Assembly (NCBI GenBank): GCA_963843795.1 | Contig: CAWJLW010000006.1 | Coordinates: 1,488,001 to 1,552,000, forward strand | Source: an uncultured bacterium | Lineage (GTDB): Bacteria > Armatimonadota > Abditibacteriia > Abditibacteriales > Abditibacteriaceae | Direction of reading: 5' to 3' | DNA: 64,000 nt | In this document: one piece after another, positions 11,667 through 20,423 of the stretch | Numbering within the stretch: position 1 is the stretch's first letter | Layout of the letters: each line of letters opens with the position of its first letter | Position numbers and translations under genes: made by a program | The notes under the pieces: generated by a model | What the model was told of the DNA's origin: nothing | Seen by the model: only the letters and a program-made list of their open reading frames with translations | The model's database searches: none

Positions 11667-12758
11667 TTAAGCCACGGTGGTTTGAGTGCCGTGAGCGATG
11701 ATCTGCTCTCTGCCGTGAATCGTAGTGTGCTCGACGTGGCCAGGATTGCCGTGCTCGTCGTGGTCATCGTGATGCGTGCTCAAAATCGAAATGTAAATCG
11801 CCAACAGCGTGGCAAACACCAGCGCTTGCAAAGCGCCGAAGAACACACCCAGCACCATCATCGGGAATTGAAACGGAATCGGCAAAAACCAGGGCAACAG
11901 CGCGACGGAAAGCGTTGTTAACTGCAAGATCACCATTTCTTCCCCAAATACATTACACAGCAAGCGAATAGCCAAGCTAAGAGGCTTGATGATTTCGCCG
12001 ATGATATGCAATGGAAAGTTCAAAAATGCCAGCCATTTTGGTTCACCCACAAAGTGCATAAACCACGATTTCACTCCGACTTCCTTGATGGCAATGATAT
12101 GCGTGGCGAAAAAAGCCACAATCGCCATGGCAATTGGAATATTGGCATTTGCTGTCGGTGCCGCTAATCCGGGCACTAGGCCCAGCCAGTTAAAAACTAG
12201 AATTGTGAAGAAAAAGGTGGCGATGAGCGGCGTGTATTTATTGGCCAAATTACGGCCCATGATGCCAACCAAATAATCATAAAAGCCTTCGATGCCCGCT
12301 TCAAACAGGTTGGGCAACGATGTCGGTTTGCCTTCGGGCCGCAGTTGCGCTTTCTTGCCAGCGACGCGCCCCGCCAGGGCTAGTCCGATCACGACCAAAA
12401 CAGCAACCACAAATACATCGTACTTAATGCTGCCTTCATTGGTGATGTGCGCCACGCCGTCTTCGCCGCGATGAATATTTGGCGCTTTTTCACCGCTAAT
12501 CATGCGTGCTAACCAGTTCAACGTGGTGCCATAATGCGGATCGAACGGGCTTTTGGGGCCGCTCGCTTCACCATGTTCGCCATCAGTGCCATGCTCACCG
12601 GCTGTTGCGGCAGCGCCGTGGGTTTCGACCTGACTGGTTTCAAGAGCGCTGTCGGCGGCGTGATCTTGTGCGAAAGCAAATTGCGGTGCGCCGAAAGAGA
12701 CGAACAGCGCGCACAGAATGGCAATTAAAACTGCTTGGGGAGATTTCATGAATTTCAT
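11667..12758 (-). CDS. atpB: ATP synthase F0 subunit a with N-terminal extension and His-rich tail (start 12758 or 12749)
   Basis: NWLGLVPG..PTAN, KPLSLAIRLLCNVFGEE, GALQALVFATL..YI. Confidence 0.95.
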   Translation of the reverse strand: MKFMKSPQAVLIAILCALFVSFGAPQFAFAQDHAADSALETSQVETHGAAATAGEHGTDGEHGEASGPKSPFDPHYGTTLNWLARMISGEKAPNIHRGEDGVAHITNEGSIKYDVFVVAVLVVIGLALAGRVAGKKAQLRPEGKPTSLPNLFEAGIEGFYDYLVGIMGRNLANKYTPLIATFFFTILVFNWLGLVPGLAAPTANANIPIAMAIVAFFATHIIAIKEVGVKSWFMHFVGEPKWLAFLNFPLHIIGEIIKPLSLAIRLLCNVFGEEMVILQLTTLSVALLPWFLPIPFQFPMMVLGVFFGALQALVFATLLAIYISILSTHHDDHDEHGNPGHVEHTTIHGREQIIAHGTQTTVA

Positions 12759-13297
12759 TCTTCAATATAAACTTCGCGCACCGAACGCACGCGCTTGGAC
12801 AAGACCAATCCGATAATTTTCGCCGTGATAATCAATTGCACCGTGAAAAAGCCCAGGGCCACACCGAACACATTGAGCCAGCCACTTTTAATCGTTACTG
12901 CCAGCACAATCGTCACCAGCAAATACTTCAAGGGCACCAGCAACCACACCAGTTTTGATGCCGATTTGCCAATACTGTTGGCCTGTTGCATTAAATGTAA
13001 CGCGCTCGTTACCACGACTTCCTGCGATTTTAATAACAGGCCGCCAATTAATGCACCGCAAACAAACGAAACTGTCCATTTTGCCGCGATTGTCGCGCCG
13101 TGAGACGAAAACGATAGATAAACCAGCACTGCACCAAAAACTACGCACCATGCTACGGTTTTGTATAAACGTCCCAAAAAAGCAGCGTCCAAAGGTTGCG
13201 CATTGGGCGCTGTCGATGCGGTTAAAAGCGTTTTTTCTTGACCAGATTTTTCATCCCACGAAGCCGTCGGCGGCGCGGGTAGGGAAACATTTTTCAT
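12755..13297 (-). CDS. atpI: ATP synthase protein I-like membrane protein
   Basis: Four hydrophobic segments (PLKYLLV, NVFGVALG) directly upstream of atpB. Confidence 0.7.
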   Translation of the reverse strand: MKNVSLPAPPTASWDEKSGQEKTLLTASTAPNAQPLDAAFLGRLYKTVAWCVVFGAVLVYLSFSSHGATIAAKWTVSFVCGALIGGLLLKSQEVVVTSALHLMQQANSIGKSASKLVWLLVPLKYLLVTIVLAVTIKSGWLNVFGVALGFFTVQLIITAKIIGLVLSKRVRSVREVYIEE

Positions 13298-13893
13298 TGT
13301 GGCTTCACATCTTGTGCTGGGTCGTCATCTTCATTCATCAAAGCGCGCAACACAGCTTCGGTATCCATTTCTTCACGTTCGTCTTTATGCTCATCGGCTG
13401 GGACTGGCGACACTGGCTTTCGGGTGCCTGATTGAGAATCGAACGATGCGGTCGGCGGCGCGGGCACGGCGAACAAACGCTCGCGCTTTCGCTCCACTGG
13501 CTGGGTCGGAGTTCCATTCGAATCAATTGAAAGCGTCGACTTTGGAACCTTGTGTACCGGTGTCGATGAGTTCGATTTCGATGGGCCGGGCTTTTTAGAA
13601 ACTTGTCCTAAAGTCACGAACATTTCTCGAAAACCGGCAACTACGCCCAGCAATACTAAAATTGGCGTCCAAAACTGAGTTTTGAAATGGTTATCCAACC
13701 ACGAACCTGCGAAGAATCCCAAAAAAACGCAGCCTGCCAAAACCCAACCAATGGTCGCCGCTTGCAGGCCGCTGCTACCCATTGAACGAGTGCGTCCCAT
13801 CAAAAAATACGACAAAGTTTTGGGCGGGCGCGCGCTATCCTGCGACGCGCCTTCGTCACTGGAATCGGGCGCGCCGGAAGGTTTTTGTGACAT
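13294..13893 (-). CDS. AtpZ/AtpI-family protein with long hydrophilic C-tail
   Basis: IGWVLAGCVFLGFFAGSWLD..T.FW..LLGVVAGF signature; first gene of the operon. Confidence 0.75.
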   Translation of the reverse strand: MSQKPSGAPDSSDEGASQDSARPPKTLSYFLMGRTRSMGSSGLQAATIGWVLAGCVFLGFFAGSWLDNHFKTQFWTPILVLLGVVAGFREMFVTLGQVSKKPGPSKSNSSTPVHKVPKSTLSIDSNGTPTQPVERKRERLFAVPAPPTASFDSQSGTRKPVSPVPADEHKDEREEMDTEAVLRALMNEDDDPAQDVKPQ

Positions 13894-14109
13894 GATTTTG
13901 TCTCTGGATTCACAGCAATTCTAACAAGCCACTTTTCTACACGCAAGGCAAAACAGCGCTTTTGCACGCTTCAACTGCTAATCATAACCATTAATGCGCA
14001 CTTGCGGGGCGAAATTTATCTTTTCGATACCTGCTGCAAGTACTTGCGCCAATACTCGCTGTGCGCTGAAAACGTTATTGCGTTGGCAATTGCGCTAAAA
14101 TGCCCTGCG

Positions 14110-15000
14110 ATGACTTCTGCAACCGAATCTTCACACGCCAAGCTTCAGCGCTCCTACGCGCACGCGCGCGCGCTCCATCGTCAGCATGGCAAAAGCTATT
14201 ATTTCGCCACTCAACTGCTGCCACGCGACCTGCGCCAATCTACTTACGCGCTCTATGCATTTTTTCGCGTGCCCGATGAAATTGTTGACAATTCACCCGC
14301 AGATACCCCCGAACAACGCGCCGCAATTGAAACGCGCTTGAACTCTTGGCTCGACGCTTGGCGCGAAGCTCATCAAAGCGGTAGTTCCGACGATCCGGTT
14401 TTGCACGTTGCCGCACATACTTTTGGGCGTCATAACATTCCTTTTGAACTCAGCGAAGATTTTTTGCGAGCTATGATTCAAGACCTCACCCAAACGCGCT
14501 ATCAGAATTATGCGGAATTAAAAGATTATATGTGGGGTTCGGCTTCGGTCGTTGGCCTGATGATGTCCTATGTCATTGGTTTTCACAATGCGCGCGCTTT
14601 GGAATTTGCGCCACAATTGGGCTATGCGATGCAATTGACCAATTTTTTGCGCGATATAGACGAGGATTATCAACAACGCGGGCGCATTTATCTTCCGCTC
14701 GATGAAATGGCGCGCTTCAATCTGAGTGAAGATGACATCGCCACGCGTCGATTTTCGCCCGATTTCGCCGACTTCATGCAATTTCAGGCGCAGCGCGCTC
14801 ACGATTTGTACGAAGAGGCTGCCATCGGAATTCCCATGCTTAACCGGCGCGGTCGCGCCGGTGTCGCCACAGCTTCTTCCTTATATCGCGCCATTCTCGA
14901 CAAGCTGCGCGACCAGAACTGGAACCCATTTGTGGGCCGCGCCTCCACCTCGACCACTGAAAAAATTCGACTCACATTGCGCACACTTACACCGCTTTAA
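14110..15000 (+). CDS. crtB: Phytoene synthase
   Basis: HGKSYYFAT, ALYAFFRVPDEIVD, LGYAMQLTNFLRDIDED, GRIYLP. Confidence 0.92.
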   Translation: MTSATESSHAKLQRSYAHARALHRQHGKSYYFATQLLPRDLRQSTYALYAFFRVPDEIVDNSPADTPEQRAAIETRLNSWLDAWREAHQSGSSDDPVLHVAAHTFGRHNIPFELSEDFLRAMIQDLTQTRYQNYAELKDYMWGSASVVGLMMSYVIGFHNARALEFAPQLGYAMQLTNFLRDIDEDYQQRGRIYLPLDEMARFNLSEDDIATRRFSPDFADFMQFQAQRAHDLYEEAAIGIPMLNRRGRAGVATASSLYRAILDKLRDQNWNPFVGRASTSTTEKIRLTLRTLTPL

Positions 15001-15252
15001 GTGCACACAAAACATTGTTGTCTTGAAATAGCTTGCTCTATTGGCAGCTAGCGAGTAGGGAAACTTTTGTTCCTTGGTTAGCTTGTTCTTTTAAGACAGC
15101 AACTATTTTTGTCAGATTTACTGGCTAGTTTAGGAAGTGACTTTTCAAAACCTAAAGCTAAAGGCCCGCTGCAAGTACTTGCAGCGGGCTGCTTGATTTT
15201 GATTGAAACTACTGATTAAGAATTTGTAGGAAATTGGTGTATTGACGAATTT

Positions 15253-16611
15253 ATGAATGAAAATCCAGATATCCAAAACTTTGATATCGTTGTCTGCGGC
15301 GGTGGCCCGTCCGGTACGATGGCTGCCATTTCTGCCGCGCGTAACGGCGCGCGTGTCTTATGCATTGAGCGCCATCCGTTCGCGGGCGGCTCATCAACTG
15401 CTGCGGTAGTTTATCCGTGGCTTTCTTTCCACAACAAAAGCGGCCAGCAAGTACTTGCTGGGCTGGGACAAGAGCTTGTCGAGCGGTTGCAAAAAGTCGG
15501 CGGTTCGCCCGGGCATTTGCGTGATAGTATCGGTTTCGTATATTCGCTGACGCCGTTCGATCCCGACTTGACCAAGCAAGTACTCCTGCAAATGTCGCTT
15601 GAAGCGGGCGTGACGTGGCTGTTCGGCACGCAGATTATCGGCGTCGAAACTCAAAATCAAGCCATTCAAAGCGTGCGCGTCGCTAATAAAAATGGCCTGA
15701 GTCGAGTGAAAGCCCCTTTATGGATTGATTGTTCGGGCGATGCCGATATCGCTTTTATGGCGGGCGCAGCGATGCAATCGAGCCGCAAAGACGGGCAGTT
15801 GCAAACGCAGCCGATGACGATGAATTTTCGCTTATCTGGCGTCGACTGGAAGCCGATTCGCGCTTATATTCTGGATAATCCGCAGGAATTTCATCACGAA
15901 ACTTTGTTCGATGATTTGCGCAGGGGCGAGCCTTTGACGGGCGTCAGCGGCTATTTTTCGCTGTGGCGTGAAGACGCTGAAAAGTTGAGTGTGCCGCGCG
16001 ACCGTTTGTTGTTTTTTAGCGGCATTCGCACTGACGAATGTTACGTCAATACGAGCCGCGTTACGCAACTGGATGGAACAGAAGCGTGGGATTTGACTCA
16101 AGCCGAAATCGAAGGGCGACGTCAGGTAGGGGTGATCGCCGATTGGATGAAAGCGCGTGTGGGCGGTTTTGAAAACTCGTTTATTTCCTGTATTCCCACA
16201 CAAATCGGCGTGCGCGAAACCAGGCGTATCATCGGAGATTATCTGCTGTCGCAAGACGATGTAGTCAGTGGTGCGCGCTTCGAGGATGCCATTGCGCGTT
16301 CGGCGTATCCGGTCGATATTCACGCCCCAACCGGCGCAGGTCTGGTGACCAGCGAAGCGCCCGACGATTGGTATGAAATTCCCAGTCGATGCTTGCTGCC
16401 GCAGAATGTGGAAAATCTGTGGGTGGCGGGCCGTTGCATTTCGGCCACGCACGAAGGTCATGCCTCAACACGTTTGACGCCGACGTGCTTTGCAATGGGA
16501 CAGGCGGCGGGAGTGGCAGCAGCATTGTGCTCGAAAAAAAACTTGCGCCCGCGCGAATTAGAATTTGCTACCTTACGCGCGAAATTGCGCGAGCAGGACG
16601 CTTTAGTCTAA
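15253..16611 (+). CDS. FAD-dependent oxidoreductase (FAD_oxidored family)
   Basis: DIVVCGGGPSG, IDCSGDAD, GVRETRRI, AGRCISATH..R. Confidence 0.85.
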   Translation: MNENPDIQNFDIVVCGGGPSGTMAAISAARNGARVLCIERHPFAGGSSTAAVVYPWLSFHNKSGQQVLAGLGQELVERLQKVGGSPGHLRDSIGFVYSLTPFDPDLTKQVLLQMSLEAGVTWLFGTQIIGVETQNQAIQSVRVANKNGLSRVKAPLWIDCSGDADIAFMAGAAMQSSRKDGQLQTQPMTMNFRLSGVDWKPIRAYILDNPQEFHHETLFDDLRRGEPLTGVSGYFSLWREDAEKLSVPRDRLLFFSGIRTDECYVNTSRVTQLDGTEAWDLTQAEIEGRRQVGVIADWMKARVGGFENSFISCIPTQIGVRETRRIIGDYLLSQDDVVSGARFEDAIARSAYPVDIHAPTGAGLVTSEAPDDWYEIPSRCLLPQNVENLWVAGRCISATHEGHASTRLTPTCFAMGQAAGVAAALCSKKNLRPRELEFATLRAKLREQDALV

Positions 16612-16722
16612 AAATTACATTTCCTGAGCCACTTGATAAAATTAACGCTCAAATTTTATTTCTATTTGGTCAAGCTGCCTACGCCTGTCGCCAGAGTCAG
16701 AACTTCCTTACAAGCAATGAAA

Positions 16723-16768
16723 AGCAAAAACATCGCCTTGCAAGTACTTGCAAGGCGATGTTTTTGCT
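16723..16768. repeat. 46-bp perfect palindrome centred on GCAAGTACTTGC; probable bidirectional terminator
   Basis: agcaaaaacatcgccttgcaagt|acttgcaaggcgatgtttttgct. Confidence 0.85.
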
Positions 16769-16783
16769 ATACGCTCGTCTATT

Positions 16784-17578
16784 ATGCTCGCAACTCTCGA
16801 CGACAATTTAGAAATTGATTATTTTGATGAAGGCAACGGTCCGATTTTAGTTCTGCTGCACGCTTTTCCGCAGACCCACGCGATGTGGCGCGCTTTGAGC
16901 GAAAATTGGCAGCGTGATTTTCGCATTATTGCACCCAATGCACGCGGTTGTGGCCAAACGACTTACACCGAAAATTGGAGCGTTGATAGTAGCGCCGATG
17001 ATGTGGCGCGTTTGCTTCAATACTTAAAAATTGACGCGCCGATTGCTTTGTGCGGTTTGTCGATGGGTGGCTATGTCGCGCTGGCGTTCGCGCGTCGCCA
17101 TGCCGAAATGTTGGGCGCTTTGATTTTGGCCGACACGCGCGCTGAAGCTGATGACGAAGCGGGCAAACAAAAGCGCGATCAGATGATCGAATTCGCTCAG
17201 CAACACGATGCAGCGCAGATTTTCGACCAGATGGCGCCACGCTTGTTCAGCCAACACACCCTTTCGGCGCGTCCCGATATGGTGCAGTTCAGTCGCCATA
17301 TCGCAGCGACATTAGCGCCTGAAACGGTGATTGCTGCTTTGAAAGCTTTGCGTGATCGGCCTGATGCTACACTCGAATTGGTGAAAATCGCGATACCGAC
17401 TTTGGTTTTGCGCGGCGGTGCCGATGAACTGTCGCCGCCCCAGAGCGCGCAAACTTTTTTGGATAAAATTCCCCATGCGCGCCTGCAAACTCTGGAAGGC
17501 GCTGGACATTACGCTCATCTTGAGCGTGCTAGTGATTTTGAAATTGCCGTGCGCGATTTCGTGCGTAGCGCTTTGTAA
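16784..17578 (+). CDS. Alpha/beta hydrolase
   Basis: LLHAFP, GLSMGG nucleophile elbow, GGADEL, GAGH. Confidence 0.88.
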   Translation: MLATLDDNLEIDYFDEGNGPILVLLHAFPQTHAMWRALSENWQRDFRIIAPNARGCGQTTYTENWSVDSSADDVARLLQYLKIDAPIALCGLSMGGYVALAFARRHAEMLGALILADTRAEADDEAGKQKRDQMIEFAQQHDAAQIFDQMAPRLFSQHTLSARPDMVQFSRHIAATLAPETVIAALKALRDRPDATLELVKIAIPTLVLRGGADELSPPQSAQTFLDKIPHARLQTLEGAGHYAHLERASDFEIAVRDFVRSAL

Positions 17579-17663
17579 AGCTGTTGAAAGCAGCCTGCAA
17601 GTACTTGCAGCTATCCGCAAGTACTTGCAAGACAATTTTGTGGGCTTGGCTACACTGAAAGCC

Positions 17664-18506
17664 ATGAGTTCTTCGGCCAATAGTTTCTCTCTTTTTCCCC
17701 TGCGCGCTTTACAATTGAAGAAAGAGCGCGACGAGCGTATCGCCATGATTTCGCTGTATGACGCGCCAACTGCAGCTTTATGTTGCGATGTGGGCGTCGA
17801 TATTATTCTGGTTGGCGATTCGCTGGGCAATGCGGTTTTGGGCTACGACAGCACGCTGCAAGTTACGCTCGACGACATGATTCGTCATACCGCAGCCGTC
17901 GCGCGCGGTGTCGCCAAATCAACACGTCCAAACGTGCCTGTCGTCGCCGATTTGCCTTTTGCGACTTACCACGGTGCGCTGCAAACTACCATCGACAATG
18001 CCGCGGCTTTGATGCGCGCCGGTGCTCAGTCAGTGAAGCTTGAAGGCGCTTCGCCAGATATTTTGCGCGCGATTGAAACACTGGTTGCAATGGGTGCGCC
18101 AGTCGTGGGACACATCGGTTTTACGCCACAGTCGTCGCTGACTTTTGCCCGCGTTGTGCAAGGTCGCGATGAAAGTAGCGCTGACGTCCTTCAACAACAA
18201 GCGCGCGATTTGCAAAACGCTGGTTGCGCGATGATCGTTCTCGAAGCTGTGACTCGCGAAGTCGCAGCAGATATTACCAGTGAATTGAAAATTCCTACCA
18301 TTGGCATCGGCGCTGGCAGCGATTGCGATGGACAAGTTCTGGTCTGGCACGATCTGGTTGGTCTCTCGCCACAAACCCCCCGCTTCGTGCGTCAGTTCGC
18401 GAATGCACACGAAATCTTGAAAAGCGCCGCGCGTGATTACGTACAAGCCGTGCAAAGCCAAGAGTTTCCCACCGATGAACACGGCTGGAACCAAAATGGA
18501 AAATAA
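17664..18506 (+). CDS. panB: 3-methyl-2-oxobutanoate hydroxymethyltransferase
   Basis: ILVGDSLG, VADLPF, VKLEG, GHIGFTPQ, PTIGIGAG..DGQVLV.HD. Confidence 0.95.
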   Translation: MSSSANSFSLFPLRALQLKKERDERIAMISLYDAPTAALCCDVGVDIILVGDSLGNAVLGYDSTLQVTLDDMIRHTAAVARGVAKSTRPNVPVVADLPFATYHGALQTTIDNAAALMRAGAQSVKLEGASPDILRAIETLVAMGAPVVGHIGFTPQSSLTFARVVQGRDESSADVLQQQARDLQNAGCAMIVLEAVTREVAADITSELKIPTIGIGAGSDCDGQVLVWHDLVGLSPQTPRFVRQFANAHEILKSAARDYVQAVQSQEFPTDEHGWNQNGK

Positions 18507-18679
18507 ACCGCATTTGAAATACACACAAATCAAAAATTTTGCGGTCTTTGGCTGTAAATTTCACTTTTGAAATCGAGAGAATTTTTGGGGTGAATTCATG
18601 CTGGATATGTCGTTGGATTTGATGGGCGTAATAATTGCGTGGCGAGATATGCGCGTGCAAGATTTCGAGGAAATGATTC

Positions 18680-20209
18680 ATGAGTGAACAAGTAGTTGTC
18701 ATTGGCGGCGGCATCGGTGGTTTGGCGAGTGCGGCTTTGTTGGGCAAGAAGGGTTATGATGTCACTTTGGTTGAGAAGAATGGGCGTCTGGGCGGCGTGG
18801 CTAATCGCTTTGAGGCCGAAGGTTTTACATTTGATATGGGGCCATCCTGGTATCTGATGCCAGATGTGTTTCGTAATTTTTTCAGTTTGCTGAACGAGCG
18901 TGTTGAAGATCATTTGGATTTAGTGCGTCTCGACCCGAGCTACCGCATCTTTTTCTGGGGCGACCATTATTACGATTTCACTTCTGATTTAGAACGCGAT
19001 TTGCCAATTTACGAAGAGCTCGAAGTTGGTGCGGGCGCATCGCTGCGCGAGTATTTGCGCAAATCGAAGTTAAGCTATGAAATCGCGTTGGACGGTTTCA
19101 TGTATAAAAATTACGATAGTCCGCTGGATTTTCTCAACAAGCGCGCCGCGACGCAGGGCAGAGAACTGGAAGTCTTCTCCAAAATGAGCGATTATGTCGC
19201 TCGCTACTTTCATTCTGACAAAGTGCAAAAATTGATGGAGTATCAGTTGGTGTTTTTGGGTTCGTCGCCTTATAACACGCCTGCTTTATACAATATCATG
19301 ACGCACATCGATTACAGCATGGGCGTCTGGTATCCTCAAGGCGGCATCCACGAAATTCCTCTGGCTTTGCAGCGCATTGGCGAAAAATATGGTGTGAAGT
19401 ATCGAACAAATGCACCGGTCGAGCGCATTCTTACCGGACGCAAAACACAGAAATCCAGGCGCGGCGCGCGCAGTCGGGTGCGGGGCGTGCGTTTGCAAAA
19501 CGGTGAAGAGTTACCTGCAGATATCGTCCTGTCGAACGCCAGCATTCACCACACCGATTCGCGGTTGCTGCCGCCTGCGCTGCGCACTTTTTCGCCACGC
19601 TACTGGAAAACGCGCACTTTAGCGCCTTCAGCTTTGATCATTTATCTGGGTGTGCGCGGTCGCGTGCCGCAGTTGTCACATCATAATCTGTTGTTCGCGC
19701 GCGACTGGAAGCGCAATTTTGCTGAAATTTTTGACGACCCGCAATGGCCGGAAGAGCCCTCACTTTATGTGTGCGCGCCTTCAGTCACCGACCCCAGCGT
19801 CGCGCCGCCCGATCACGAGAACCTGTTCATCCTAGTGCCGATTGGCGCTGGATTAAAGTACACGCAAGCCGAACTGGAAGCGCGCGCTGATGAAGCTTTA
19901 CAAATCATCGAGCGCGAAATGAAGATTCCCGATTTGCGTGAGCGTATCGTGTATCAGCGTTTGTGGAGCGTAAAGGATTTTCAAAGCCAATACAATACGC
20001 AAAACGGGACGGCTCTGGGCTTGGCTCACACGATGCGCCAAACGGCTTTGTTACGTCCCAATAATCGCTCGAAAAAAGTTGAGAACTTGTTTTACGCTGG
20101 CGCTAACACCAATCCTGGTATTGGAATGCCGATCCAACTGATTTCCGCTGAATTAGCTTATAAACGTATCACTGGCGACCGCTCGGCCCAACATCTCGAA
20201 CAATTGTGA
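18680..20209 (+). CDS. crtI: Phytoene desaturase family protein
   Basis: VIGGGIGGL, GFTFDMGPSWYLMP, ALGLAHT..Q, RP.N, GANTNPGIGMP. Confidence 0.88.
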   Translation: MSEQVVVIGGGIGGLASAALLGKKGYDVTLVEKNGRLGGVANRFEAEGFTFDMGPSWYLMPDVFRNFFSLLNERVEDHLDLVRLDPSYRIFFWGDHYYDFTSDLERDLPIYEELEVGAGASLREYLRKSKLSYEIALDGFMYKNYDSPLDFLNKRAATQGRELEVFSKMSDYVARYFHSDKVQKLMEYQLVFLGSSPYNTPALYNIMTHIDYSMGVWYPQGGIHEIPLALQRIGEKYGVKYRTNAPVERILTGRKTQKSRRGARSRVRGVRLQNGEELPADIVLSNASIHHTDSRLLPPALRTFSPRYWKTRTLAPSALIIYLGVRGRVPQLSHHNLLFARDWKRNFAEIFDDPQWPEEPSLYVCAPSVTDPSVAPPDHENLFILVPIGAGLKYTQAELEARADEALQIIEREMKIPDLRERIVYQRLWSVKDFQSQYNTQNGTALGLAHTMRQTALLRPNNRSKKVENLFYAGANTNPGIGMPIQLISAELAYKRITGDRSAQHLEQL

Positions 20210-20423
20210 AAGGCGCGGCTTTCCTTAACTTAAGGATAATATTTTAAAATGCACACAAAACTAAAGTTTAGGAAGCAGAGAGTAACATGGCCTAGCAGTT
20301 CGCTGTGCTTGTGGGCCAGTTGGATGCTGCAAGTACTTGCAGCGTGTTTGGTGCGGTAAAATTGAGTGAGCAAATGCTTGCTGGCAACTGGGAAATAAAG
20401 GGTGCAATGGGGACAATGGATTG

